Positions 13,701 to 26,339 of a DNA stretch of 64,000 nucleotides are shown one piece after another (position 1 is the first letter of the stretch; every line of letters begins with the position of its first letter). The notes under the pieces were generated by a model. That model saw only the letters and a program-made list of their open reading frames with translations. It ran no database searches and was not told the origin of the DNA. Both the position numbers and the translations under genes were made by a program. The stretch is from Chrysomallon squamiferum (lineage: Eukaryota > Animalia > Mollusca), in the NCBI GenBank assembly GCA_012295275.1, contig CM022676.1:17918001-17982000 (forward strand). Reading direction: 5' to 3'.

Positions 13701-14259
13701 CAGAGTTATTTCAAGTAAACAAACACTCAGGTAAGTAAATACAGAGTTATTTCAAGTAAACAAATACTCAGGTAAGTAAACAAACACTCAGGTAAGTAAA
13801 TACAGAGTTATTTCAAGTAAACAAATACTCAGGTAAGTAAACAAACACTCAGGTAAGTAAACAAACACTCAGGTAAGTAAATGTCAAGTTCAAATATTTC
13901 AGGTTCTGCCGTCACGTTGCTGGGTTCGTCTCCAGTCGCAGTCAGACGCAAGCCGTTCACGCTGACGTGCATGATGTCGCTGGCTGCCTACGTCCGTACG
14001 ACAGTCTACTTCGTGTACAGGACGGACACTGGTGTGAGTGTGTTGACCTCTCTGTACCAGAACGTCACTGACTGTGTCGTGTTGGTCCGGCCGCCTGATG
14101 GCTACACGGCAGCCTGTGGGGGAGGTACAGACACAGGGGGATCAGAGACGAAGCTGTACACACTTACAATCCACTCTGTCACTGACACGGATGGTAGAGA
14201 GTGGATGTGTAAAATGGAAGGAAATCCAAGCAGTAACGTCCTTGACCTTTTAGTGATGC
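10789..14259 (+). CDS. Signal peptide plus two Ig-like domains; exons 10789-10855, 11024-11320, 13903-14259; 3' end unresolved
   Basis: Exon 1 reads MASSVIFNIVFLTVFLSNVFVQ|GTGAGT. Two phase 1-1 exons (297 and 357 nt) have canonical AG/GTAAGT borders and an Ig pattern (LTFTC..YVLKID..D..WQC; FTLTC..YTLTIH..D..WMC). There is a probable upstream UTR donor GTGAGT at 10427 and a TATAAA at ~10174. Confidence 0.8.
11340..12380. repeat. Degenerate ~85-90 bp intronic minisatellite
   Basis: The TTTGAATTATTTTATCACT...AATCAAATCTTCA core recurs about ten times with decay. Confidence 0.65.
13045..13880 (+). repeat. Compound satellite of 20-mer AAGTAAACAAACACTCAGGT and 19/21-mer AAGTAAA(C/T)ACAG(AG)TTATT(T/A)C units
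   Basis: Directly visible. 20 occurrences of CAGGTAAGT were counted between 13081 and 13878. Confidence 0.95.
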
Positions 14260-14310
14260 GTAAGTGTTTTTCTTGTGAAGCAGAAATGGGAAGGGGTAGG
14301 TTTTGGTCTG

Positions 14311-14402
<92 letters not shown>

Positions 14403-14961
14403 TATTTTAACAATTCTATTATAATGTAAAGTAGTTTATTTCAAAGAAAGTTGTGATATTAAAAATGTATTTGTACATATTCCAATGTAATCAAATAAAA
14501 CTCAAATAAAATATTTATATGATAAAAATGAAATTATTCTGTCATTTAGAAATATTCATATTTTTATTTTTAAATTTATTATGTAATTAAGCAGTCTAAA
14601 CGTGCCATTAATTAAAAACAATAAATATTTTTATGAAAAACAAAAACAACTACTGCTACTACTACTAATAATAATTGTAATAATAATAATAATTATTATT
14701 ATTATTAACATAAATAAATAAACTAACTAATTACTTTACAACATATGTTATAACTCCTTTATTTGCAACGAAACATTCACTAAGAATAGTAAATAAATAA
14801 ATTAATTTAATTTAATAACCAAAAGTAAACAAATTAACTAAAGTTATTACTTTACAATAAATAACTGAATTCTGTTTATTTATCAGTTCGTGTAAAGAAA
14901 AGAAATGTCTGTCAACTTCAAAGCAGTTAAAGTGAAGCAAACTTAGGAGACAGTTTGAAGT

Positions 14962-17001
14962 TTACTTTCTACACCATGTAAATATTTTTATTTCTCCAGT
15001 GAATCGCTGTCCCACGTACAGTTTGTTGTCATCACAACAGACAGACCGAGGTTTGGACAGTCCATCCTGGTCAGTGAGGATGTCACGTGTAATGTTACCA
15101 TCTCGTGACAACTGAACAACACAATTTCTATGAAAATGACAAACAAAAATATTTCCCTCCGTATCACATGTAACACCTGTCAATCCACTCAGTCTGGCTG
15201 AATCACGTGACTCCCATTTGACGTCACCAGATGACGTCACACAAAATACTTTGTTTTCAGTTTTCCTCTTTGAAACAACAATCAGACATTGATCGTGAAC
15301 TGTGAGACTGTACGGTCCGGGGATCAAGTCTGTTGAAATAGAATTAATGAGCTGACCAGTGTCCGTCAGTATGTCCAAGTACCGACCAATATATCCCCCA
15401 GTGAGTGCGAGACGGTTGCCAGGTAACACAGCAATAAACTCATATTTTTTATTAGTTTGAACTGTCTTGATCAGTCCGAAGTTTTTCAAATTTAAAAACA
15501 GTATTTTATATTCATCTGGCAGAGCAACAACAACAACATCACCCCGCTGATCACGTGATTCAGCAAGACCCCATGGTGGACTGGAAGTTACGTATCTGTT
15601 TATCAGTGATTTTCGTTCTAAACAAAAACATTTTACACAGTCATTGTCCAAATCACTAACAACAATTTTACTTTTGTCCTCACCTGACACCAGAATGGAA
15701 TACAGACACGGATCATTTTTATCTTCTTGAGTTTTTGTGTTAATGGTGTCTGTGTGTTTCAGGGTGTTTGTCAGTTTGTTTATCTGTGTGTCTGTGTGTG
15801 GTGTTTCTGTTTCAATGGTGTCTGTGTGTTGGAGTGTGTCTGTCACAGCGTCTATCTGTTTGTCTGTTTGGATGTTTGTCGTTATTTCTCCGATGTGCAC
15901 AGACATATTTTTCTTATCAGATTTTATGACATTTATTTTTATTTCTGCTTTTCCTACTTGTGAAAGAGATTTGGACAGGAACTCGAAAGTTGTGTTTTGA
16001 AGTTTGGTGAATTTTGAAATATTGATTTTAATATCTGACTCAGATTTTCTTTGTAACAAATCTCGACCTACTTTGATCATTTTGTCATTTTCCTCAATCA
16101 GATATTTATGTTCAGTAAAGAGTTTATCTATTTCTGAGTTTACAAAGTTCTGAGATGTTTCTATTTCTCCTATTAACCTTTCTTGTTCTTTTTGGACTGC
16201 AGCGGTAAAGTCTGTGATTAGTGTGTTACCAATCCTTCTCACATCTTCTGTAGACTCCATGACGTTGATGTTGACGGCTTCGCGAAGTTCTTTAATCTGA
16301 TCATCCATCTCTGTCTGAAGAATTTCTTTGTAGGATTTGAGACTCTCACAAACAGAACTCAGAATTGAAAAGTGACCTCTCTTTTTAGCTGAAATAAATA
16401 AATAAATAAATAAACAGTTAATATATTAGATAATAATAATAATAAGGAGAAGAAGAAGAAGAAGAATTCAAATTGTACTAATAATTATGATAAAGATATG
16501 GGTAACAATATGAAGAATTTTAGAATATATTTTATCAACTAATTTAAGAATCTGATTATAAATCTTTTTTATGAACAAAATAACGTTCCTTTCTTTATGA
16601 GCCTGCTGCTATGGTTCAAGCAACAGAAAAATATATTTTAGTTAAATGATCACTGTCTCTTTGTTTAATTGCTTGTTATTATTGTAATGAATCTGAACAC
16701 AACACTGTGACTCACAAAACTTTGAGTGTAGCCGATCATTAATGGCGTCCTGTAGTGACTTGTTTATAGGGAATTGATCTGCCCACGTATACACTGATTT
16801 CGTGCTGTCCGGGATGTGAACATGCTGCCTGCAGAACGGGCAGGCGATTTGTGAGTCGTTGTTGTCGTAAGTGTGACTTATATAGTTCTGCAGGCATTTG
16901 GAGCAAAACGAATGTCCACAGTTTAAAACTCGAGACTTATCGAAAATGTCCATACATAGACAGCACGAAAGATTATCATCGGAGATTGAAGGTGTTGCCA
17001 T
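14962..17001 (-). CDS. TRIM/NHL-like E3 ligase (RING-HC, coiled coil, NHL-type beta-propeller); exons 17001-16716 and 16388-14962, ~570 aa
   Basis: The ATG at 17001 opens a C3HC4 RING (CCLCMDIF..CGHSFCSKC..CPFCR). A phase-1 donor GTGAGT at 16715 and acceptor TTTCAG at 16389 join in frame to the 448-aa ORF, which has a coiled coil and propeller repeats (IVVSDLDNDCVK, PWGLA, GVTCDTEGNIFVC, GLSKPRSVC). Confidence 0.88.
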
Positions 17002-17006
17002 ATCTG

Positions 17007-17046
<40 letters not shown>

Positions 17047-17694
17047 TTTAGAGAAAATCAAGAACAGCAATTGAAAACAATTGACTGCAGTAAAAAAGTA
17101 CACATTAATTCCATTTAGTTCGTAACACAACTGTATATACAAATAAGTAAATGAAATGATATATATACGAACTTGCAAACATAGCACTATCATATTATAA
17201 ATATTCTCTGCAAACTGTTTATTTGTTTATTTATCTATTTTGTTTTATTTATAAAATAAAATTTAAAAAAACTCTCTTTAACTGCATTACGAACTTGCTA
17301 AATTTAACCTTGTGACGTGACGCTTTATTTGAGAAGGAAAACGACAGTTCTACTGTAAACTGGTGGGAGATAGAACTAATAGAGTAACTGAAGTCAGCTG
17401 TAATAAACTCTATGACTGCTGCAAGGTTATTTCTCAAACCACTATTCATGATTCAACTCATAAGTGAACAAAAAAAAAACATGACTTTCAGCGAAGTAAT
17501 GAATTTACTAATGATAATTATAAATTCACGTTTGAAAAATCTCATAATCAACAAATGAAATTGCAACTGAATGAGAAATTAACACATTTGTAATCTGCTG
17601 TTAAACGGCTTCATTTATTATGTTTAAGGACTTACATTTAATAGAAGAAAAGAAATTCTGTCTAGTAATTTGACAGATAGTCTCTTTTTGATAA

Positions 17695-17806
17695 TTACAA
17701 CCACGTACGGCCTGTGATAAAGTAATCGTGGAACTGACTTTGACAAGGATTACTGCGACAACCCATCGCCAGACACTACTTTCCTCTGACCACTGAGCCA
17801 CACCCT
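17695..17806 (-). mobile_element. Probable tRNA-derived SINE head remnant
   Basis: The minus strand reads GGGTGTGGCTCAGTGGTCAGAG with a perfect Pol III A-box (TGGCTCAGTGG, 17800-17790). The B-box is degenerate and there is no cloverleaf. Confidence 0.45.
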
Positions 17807-19706
17807 CCACTCTTATTAAAACACACACAAATTATATACAGACATTTTACTAAGAACAGAACCTAAATTACTAAATTTTATTTTGAAATATCTTACAGCA
17901 ACAACAAAACCCACCATAAACAACAAATAATAATAAGAACAACAACAACAACAACAACAATAATAATAATAATAAAACAAAATAAATAAATAAATAAATA
18001 AATAAGTTTGTAAATAAATAAATATATAAATAATAAGTGTTCATACCTTTGTCTTAAGAAACGAGAAATATAACAGATGCAAAAATATTTCCTCTTATTC
18101 GTCTGCAATGCCTGTTTTGCTATTACTGATTTGAGCGCGGAAAAGCGGGTTTTGACAGACGACACTAAGTGGGAGGAAGATACCAACTGAAGAAAGGAAG
18201 GAGTTGAAGCTTTGAAATTTTCTACAACATTTTTGTTTCTTCTGAGAAAAAAATAATTTTGAATGTTTTATAGTTTTGTGGTAAAGTAAATAGCAGTAAC
18301 AGTAACAACTACATTAGCATAGTAAGTGCAGTTCATTATTTTTTAAAGCTCTGTTTACAGTTTATCACACCTGTAGTATTAATGGACACAACAAATGATT
18401 TGCAAAAGGACGGAGAAAGGTAATATATTTAACCGCCAAAATGTTATCTGCTTTAAATTTGAATATTGAACTGGCGGTATCAGGTCATTTCGTTAGAGAT
18501 ATAAGTAAATTATAGGAATTGAAAACAGAAATATTTATAACGTGAAAGTATGATTTTAGTCACCTGCACACAGTAGTAATAAAATAATAATAATAATATA
18601 TATTCCTGTATTATATATGTTTCATTTTATTCTATTTAAAATAAATAAACAAATAAATAAATAAATATATGAGAACTGCGTCGCTGAATAAAACCGTCAC
18701 AATTTTGTTCTTCGTGTCATAAGTGAAGCGCGCTCTACAGGTTTGTTGTAGATCAGAGAAAGATAATGTTTTTAATGTCATCATTTTTAAACTTGTATAG
18801 TTATACACAGGCGATTGTCGATCCTTTTAACAAGATATATAAATAATGAATAAAAAGCAGGACAAACACATAACGTGTGCTTTTAGTAATAATAATAATA
18901 AAAATAATGGTAATAATAATAGTAGTTTCCTTTGTGTATCAGATGTCTTCGTTTCGTACTGTTAATATATATATATATATATATATTTAATTAATTCAAT
19001 ATATATTACAATAGTAGTACACATTTCATAATTTGTCTTCTTCTGCTTCCACCTTTCTTCACTTGTGTAGTTTTCATGTCTCCATTCACCAAAAACATCA
19101 AACATTTAATTCAAATAGCTTATAATATATATATAAATTTAAAAGTGTTTTATAATGACACATTTATTCAGGAGTACTATAAAGAACACATTCCACACAC
19201 AAGGATGATGAAGAGATAATCGTTTTATTAGATAAAGAAATAAAGTACATTACAATTAAACAAATACAGCAGAAAACGTACACCTACACTGTCACGTTTC
19301 TTCATATTTTATGGCAGTGTTAAACGACTTTCGCCATCTAACGTAATATGATATGAATTTAATCCTCTTTTTTTTCAAATCTAATAATCGACAGTAAGTA
19401 CAAATGTCAACATTTGTGAATGTAATTTATGAAATGATACTTTCTCGCAATCTAACAAATGATAATATAAAAAATAAAATATTTACTGACCGCTCAGTCT
19501 ATTCAAACACTAACGTAAAAATAGTAAAATATACAGAGACCCTTTTCATCTATGAAAAATAAACAAAGAAAGTAAGAAACATTTTTACATAGACGTGTGT
19601 GAATGTGTGTGTGTTGTGTGTGTGTGACTGTGTGTGAGAGAGAGCGACAGAGAGATCTCAGTGAGTAAAAGCTATTATTTATTCATTCATTATTATTATT
19701 ATTATT

Positions 19707-19742
<36 letters not shown>

Positions 19743-20202
19743 ATTATTATTATTATTATTATTATCTGAGTAATAAACTTTCTGTACAACATTTTCCTCT
19801 TCTGGCAGAACGACAACAGTCAGCTGATCGCGTGATTCAGAAAGACCGCGTGACGGACACAGATAAAATGCTTCGTCATCATAAATAAATCCGGTTTAAT
19901 TTAATTCTGAAAGGCTGGGAATTGACTGTTATACTGGGTTCAGTGCAACGACATAATTGCCTCATTTAATATAATTTAAATATCAAATTTAAAAATTGAT
20001 AATAAAAGAAGAAGAAAATATACCTTACAATTTAGTCGTCCTGTGAAGACTAAATTGAATCAGAGATATGTTGTTGTATGTTAATTCAGCTGTTAACAAA
20101 ATGTAAGTTGCACAAAAAACACAATCCAAACAGAAGATAAGATTTTGTAAACTTTATAATAATAACTTTCTGTCTTCGTTGTGGTTATTACTGTAATGTT
20201 TT

Positions 20203-20247
<45 letters not shown>

Positions 20248-20263
20248 TATTATTATTATTATT

Positions 20264-20307
<44 letters not shown>

Positions 20308-21121
20308 AGTTACTGTTGTTGTCACCGACTAGGACCTGTTTAGAACTCTATCACAGGGACCAGTAAATTAAAGCTAATTATCATGTTGGCATAATACTAC
20401 ACTTATCCACTAGATAAATAAACAAATAACACTTTAAGTTTATTAATTTAACAGATAAAGAAGTTATATATATATATATAAAACAAATACGCTTTTAATA
20501 ACACAGATTACACTGCAAAAGTCAGAAAAGTGTTTCACCACATCCCGCTATCAAACGCTTATCGCATTTTACAAAGCAAGGTCAAAGTTTAAAGGTCCTC
20601 GCCAGTGACCTCCTTGTTCATCAAAAGGAAACGCTGGGCCGTGCAGAACATCCGTTTGTCGCTTCTTCTTCCTCAGACTCGAGTTTTCCTTGGTGACGTC
20701 ATATGTTAGATTCCCGCAGACGTCAGTGAAAAGAGCGAGAGAAGTCAGCCCAGGCTGACACATTTTAAAACTTTCTTACACAAAACTCGCACAGCTAAAT
20801 ATCTTTACTCTAAAATTTATAAACTAACTTTAAGAGTCCGTCATCGGCTTTTTTCTCCGTGAGAAGAGTATTATGGATGGTTAAAGAGAAAATTACTTAT
20901 TTACATATATTGGTAGTTTATTTGCTTACTATAACTACTAAAGCGTGTGTGTGTGTTGTGTGTGTACATTTTTATTTTATATAACGAGTATTACGTAACT
21001 GAAATTATCTATAGCTAGTATATAGAAGAAAAATGTATTATTATTATTATTATTGCTGCATAATATTGGTACAAAATACGTTTAGTAATGTAGATAAGAA
21101 CTGCTATAATCATTATAATCA

Positions 21122-21346
21122 TCAATCCTGCCATGAACAAAGAAACTCTCTGTAAAAACAAATCAGGCTTCTCGACATGCTCAGGTTTACTTTTATTGTA
21201 ATTTTGGTGAGATTGCTCGAACCTCGCCTTTCAGAGACAAAGCGGCTTCACGACTTGGCTGATTATTCCAATTTCTGCAGTTTTTTTTATTTTATTTACG
21301 TACATGTTTTTAATTTTTATATCGACTGCTTATGACTAATCTCTCT
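21122..21346. repeat. ~210 bp dispersed repeat, copy 2 (copy 1 at 5931-6140)
   Basis: Direct sequence match to 5931-6140. Confidence 0.85.
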
Positions 21347-22014
21347 CCGTACAATAACTTGTATCTTAAAGACACTCAAGTTCTCATTAATCAGTTTCCA
21401 TCTCATGAATCTTATCACGTTGTAATGATTAATTAATTAATTAATTTATTTATTTATTTATTTATTTAAGCCTGGCGTGGTCCCTTGAAAATATGTAATT
21501 CACCATTGATCAGCCATGTGAGTCAGTTCTAATGAAAATGCAGACTTCTCTGTCGAGTCTGCTTTATGTTTGCCACGTGTTGCGTTGGTTTACCCTTAAA
21601 AAAACAGATGGGATCGAAAGAATAAATTCAGTGTGAACTGATATACCTTTTCTAGAAACAGATAAATAAATATGAAATTATGATTTTTTAAATTTTAAAT
21701 CTAACACTAACTTAAGTTGTAAAAATAGTATACAGTATATGTTTTCATACACATTTATTGAACTAAAATTAAGAAGTTCCCTTTGCCTATATAATAAAAT
21801 GAGTACTGAAATTAAAAACTATAATAACTTTATTTGGAAGCTTTCCTTAACCAGTCCTTATCCTGCCTTTTTATTAGTGTTTAATTTAACTGACAGAAAA
21901 TTATTTGGAAAGATAATATCTTAGATGTCTCTGTCTCTCTAATCAACGATTTTCAACACACACACATATATATATATGTATGTATGTTTTTATATATATA
22001 TATATATGTATGTT

Positions 22015-22045
<31 letters not shown>

Positions 22046-22509
22046 ATATATATATATATATATATGTATGTATATACATATGTGTGTGTATATATATATA
22101 TATCCTTCACTGTCATTTTGTAAAAAATACGATCTGCTGCCCTGACTTCATTCTCAGACAAGACTGACATTTGGCGAAATGTCTGTAATAACAGCTAAAT
22201 ACTGAATTTTTTATTCATTCTTCTCATCCACTTTATCATTACAAATGAAAATTAATAAAAACATATATATATTTTTTAAATGACAAATTAATATTAATAT
22301 GTATGTGTACATTTGTAGAGAAATAAATATTTATAACCATCTATCATACATTTTTTAATATAATTACCCATCATAGGAACACCAAATAAAAAAAAAAACA
22401 CAAAAAAACCCCTGTATAACAACTGTCAGCAATACGACTTGAATCACTTTAGTTATTTTGTGTAATATGTGTAAAGACTGGTTCCACGGATTGACTGTAG
22501 CATAGAGTC

Positions 22510-22700
22510 GGACAGACAGACAGACAGACTGATATGAATAAACAGACATACAGACATATATGAATAAACAGACAGACAGACATATATGAATAAACAGATA
22601 CATATACAGACATGCATAAACAGACAGACAGACAAACATACAGATAGACAGACAGATATGTATAAACAGAGATAGATATGAATAAACTGACAGAGGTTAA
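22510..22700. repeat. ~24 bp minisatellite built from (GACA)n plus ATATGAATAAAC
   Basis: About six decayed units are visible. Confidence 0.75.
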
Positions 22701-23229
22701 CTGATTTATATATTATAAAAGAATCTTAATAATATACATTTGTTTTCAAAATGGCAAATTAATATTAATATCTACGTGTACATTTGCAGGGAAATCCATA
22801 AAAAAAGTTCTTTGTTAAACATAAACCAGGTATAGAATATTGAAATCAGTCCAGACCTGTTTTCCTAACTCAGTCATAATATTAAAACATGCTTATATCT
22901 GTCTGTCGGTGTAACCGTTATTTGTATCACTATCTCCACATTTTCATCTATTACTTCTACAATTATTTCAAAACTATGTCAATAAAAATATTCTTCACTC
23001 TTAGGAAATTGTTTCCCAAGCTGATGAAAATGCTAGCAAATGATGTGTAGTAAACAACAGAAAACACAATAATCCTAAATTAGAAATTTGGAGAGAAAAA
23101 AACATGGTATAAAATGTTTGATAAGCCTTTGCAGAGCTGATAGTGCTATAAAACACAAGCATACCAAGATTTATGTTGTGTTAATAAAAGTATATTAAGA
23201 AAATAAAATAACAATATGAAGACACTTGG

Positions 23230-24220
23230 TTACAAAACAATTTAAATATTAAGAAACAACTTAACAGATAATGTGATCTGCAAATTATTCATTAAGAACA
23301 TTTCTTAATAATATAGCTTACAGACAACATATCATCTTCCACTTTATGTTTTATTAACATACTTTTTTTTTATCATTTTAATCTTTAACAAAAATCTTCA
23401 TCTTCTTTGTTATTTTATATTTTGATTACGTGGTTAACGATTAATCTTTAAAATAAAAATAAATAAATCAAATAAATAAATAAATAACATTATCTCCCTT
23501 GAACCATAAGATTTGCAGCAGTTAAAGGTTTCTAGATTTAGCATATTTGTTTTTAAATATTTTCTTTTTTCACAGACTTGACTGTACTTGGTGCTGTGTC
23601 TGGTACAAACATTCTGTGTACTGGTCTACATTTGATTATATCTGTAATAAACAACACAGTGACTTTGAAATTAAATTCAGTATCACAATGTTGCAGATTC
23701 TTCAATAAGAACTGTCCATGATTCACACAAGTAATGTTTTTAATATGTTATTTTGGTGTGAAACTTGCTAAAAGCTTTCAATTTTATCCAAGAATTCAGT
23801 TCATAATATTTGTTCTTGAGATGTTTCATTTCTTAGTTCAGGTTGATCAGGAAACTTGAAGAACTTGGAGGTAAACTTGAAAAGTCATTTACAATCAGAG
23901 GATTTCATTTCTCACGTGTTTTCTTTCATTCTCAAACCAAGCGCATGATAAAAGAACCTGAAGAAAATTAAAAAAACAAAATTAAAACTTGTAATTAAAA
24001 TGAAATAATATTGTGAGTTGTATAAACTTAGTTAATGTTCATTATACAATTTTACATGTAAAATGAAGTTTAGATATGATTCAAATATGATGGATTGTGA
24101 CTTAATTATTTGGCTTTTTTCTGGTCAGCAAGTCTAAGTTTATCCTGTAAAGTAATAAAAACAAAGGAAAAAATAGTTTACTCAAAAAATTCAAATTTAT
24201 CATTGATAATCCATTCATTC
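23230..24220 (-). repeat. Diverged inverted paralog of 53100-54990 containing splice-site-bounded segments
   Basis: Shared blocks: CTTTACAG|GATAAAC..CCAGAAAAAA(A)G(G)CCA, GACACAGCACCAAGT.CAGTCAAGTCTGTGAAAAA and AATATAAAATAACAAAGAA.ATGAAGA. Confidence 0.7.
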
Positions 24221-26104
24221 ATTGGAAACAAAAGCAAATAATTATTTATATGTTAGCAAAGGTATTGACAGCGGACATCTGACTTTAACACAAGTTTGAA
24301 TAAACCCAGTTTGAAGTATGGATCAAATACTTTTACTATGTAGCATTCACATTTTTGATATTAATGTACTAAGTTAACATTTAAAATGTTAACATGACTG
24401 TATGTGTGTATTTCAGTTACTAAATCTAAATGTAAGCTCTGTGTAACAAATTCACTCACTTTCTAATCAATGGCTGACTTCTCACATCTGACTGAATGTT
24501 TCAGAGAAAATTCTTCCTCTGTTTTTGTTGTCAGCTCAGAGTAGTAGACTGTCTCCTGGGCTGATCTGACACTGGATTCTGAAAACACAAATTATTTATA
24601 TTAATGATCCTGAAGTAATTTATATATATAAAAAAAAAAAAAAGCAGATAAAGATTTTTTTTTTAAATAGTGAAAATAAAAATAATAATCAAATAAATAT
24701 AAAAATTAATTATAAAAAAAGAACCAACACATGATATGTAAAATAATAATAAAACATAAATGATATGTCTATATCTATCTGTAGTTAAAAAAGGAAATAA
24801 ATAAATACATAAAAGAATAAAATTATCTTTTGAATTTAGTGTCTCATATCAAGTTTTTTTTTTAATCATTTCATGTTCATGTTTTTACAGACAGGGCCTG
24901 AAAAACCTACATGTAATGAATGTCAATTGATTCTGTTGTATTAATGAAAACAGCTGAGAAAGAACCTGTTTTCATGTGATCAGAGAAAAGTGAACTTTAT
25001 AATTTGTCCAGCATTGCTTCAGTACAGTCAATCTTCAGTAATAACACTGAAAATAAAAAATAACATTTTAAATATTTATTTCAAATACATTCCACTTAAT
25101 TGAAACAACTAGTAATAAGTATAACAACAACAAACTAAATAAATAAGTAAATAAATAAATGAAAAACAACAACCATAATAATAAAAATAATAATTTTAAA
25201 ACCTAAAACCTCAACAAAATAAAAAAATATGTAGAAAATATGTATAACAAAATACATTTATGAGAAAATTCTGGTGTGTATGTTGTCATGTGCGTTACTC
25301 ATCTATAATAACAGCAACAGAGTAGCTTACTTCTCAGTTGTGGATCATCAACATATTAAAACTGTTACTAAAATATCACCACTGACAACTGCAGCTGCTG
25401 AACTCTGTTTGTGGACTTGAATGTACTGGAAGCAACCCACCAGAACACAGCAACATCTCTGGGGATGGATTCAAGCTGGGTTCTGTCTGTGATTGGATTT
25501 TAGAGCTGACATCAAATCAAACATTGCTGAAACAGAATTGAACACAGTTTCAATAACTCCATAATCCACCAGGACCTTTCAAGAATCCCTGTGGTAAATA
25601 AAAATAATTGTGATTAAATTTCATTATTAACTGTTATGAACTCTACAACTAAAACTTAAAAAATGATGTTTAATAAATTAAAAAGTAATTAAAAATAAAT
25701 AATAAAAAGATATTAAACGTTAATAAACAGTTTTTTCACCAGAATAAATATTGTTTTCCTACACACTGTGTTAAATCTAACATCTTAATCCTCAGAAGAA
25801 TAATTATATCAACATAAAACAAAGAAAACAGTAAATATAAATAATAAATAATTATTTTATTTATTTATTTATATTTTTTAATTTGTACTGTAATGTAGTT
25901 TGATATTAGGTGTAAAATAACTGAAGATATGAAACTTTTTATAGAATATATATAAATGAAAAGTTCAAGACTAATCTGTTAGTATATTAAGAAAGAAAAC
26001 TATGATTAGTAAAGAAACAGTGTACACATTTTTTTATCTAAACACTAACAACTTTAACTAGGTGGTTCTTCATCTTACACTACTGTTACCAGAATATTCT
26101 TTGT

Positions 26105-26339
26105 ATGGCCAATATGCTGAATCTTCCTTCACAGAACTTGGGCACTGCTGAAAAACATCTCCTTGAACTCTTTCACTGCTGCACTGGAGACAGCTTCCTC
26201 AAAGTCAGTCTAGATAATCTGTGGCTTCAGGCTTCAAGAGTTGAAAAACTGAGACATACATAGCTTGAGTCTTGTTTGGAAGGAACATGTAAACAAGAGG
26301 GTATGTGATGTCCTGGAATTCTGCATGAAGATTGTAGAA
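26105..26339 (-). mobile_element. MULE (Mutator-like) transposase relic
   Basis: Manual translation gives FYNLHAEFQDITYPLVYMFLPNKTQAMYVSVFQLL /frameshift/ LKPQII*TDFEEAVSSAAVKEF..QVL*RKIQHIG, matching the MULE core pattern YPLVY.LLP.K..DFE.A..WRKIQ. Confidence 0.75.

Noticed and set aside
13045-13880. CRISPR-like repeat/spacer appearance
   Set aside because: The intervening units are themselves repeats rather than unique spacers; the context is a eukaryotic intron with no cas genes.
18361-18419. Small plus-strand exon as the continuation of the Ig gene
   Set aside because: Its 59-nt length does not preserve phase and it encodes no transmembrane segment; it more likely belongs to a separate transcript divergent from the TRIM gene.
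20569-20763. GC-rich 64-aa ORF with a small hairpin and CRE
   Set aside because: No recognisable domain or supported exon chain; cannot choose between exon and regulatory DNA.
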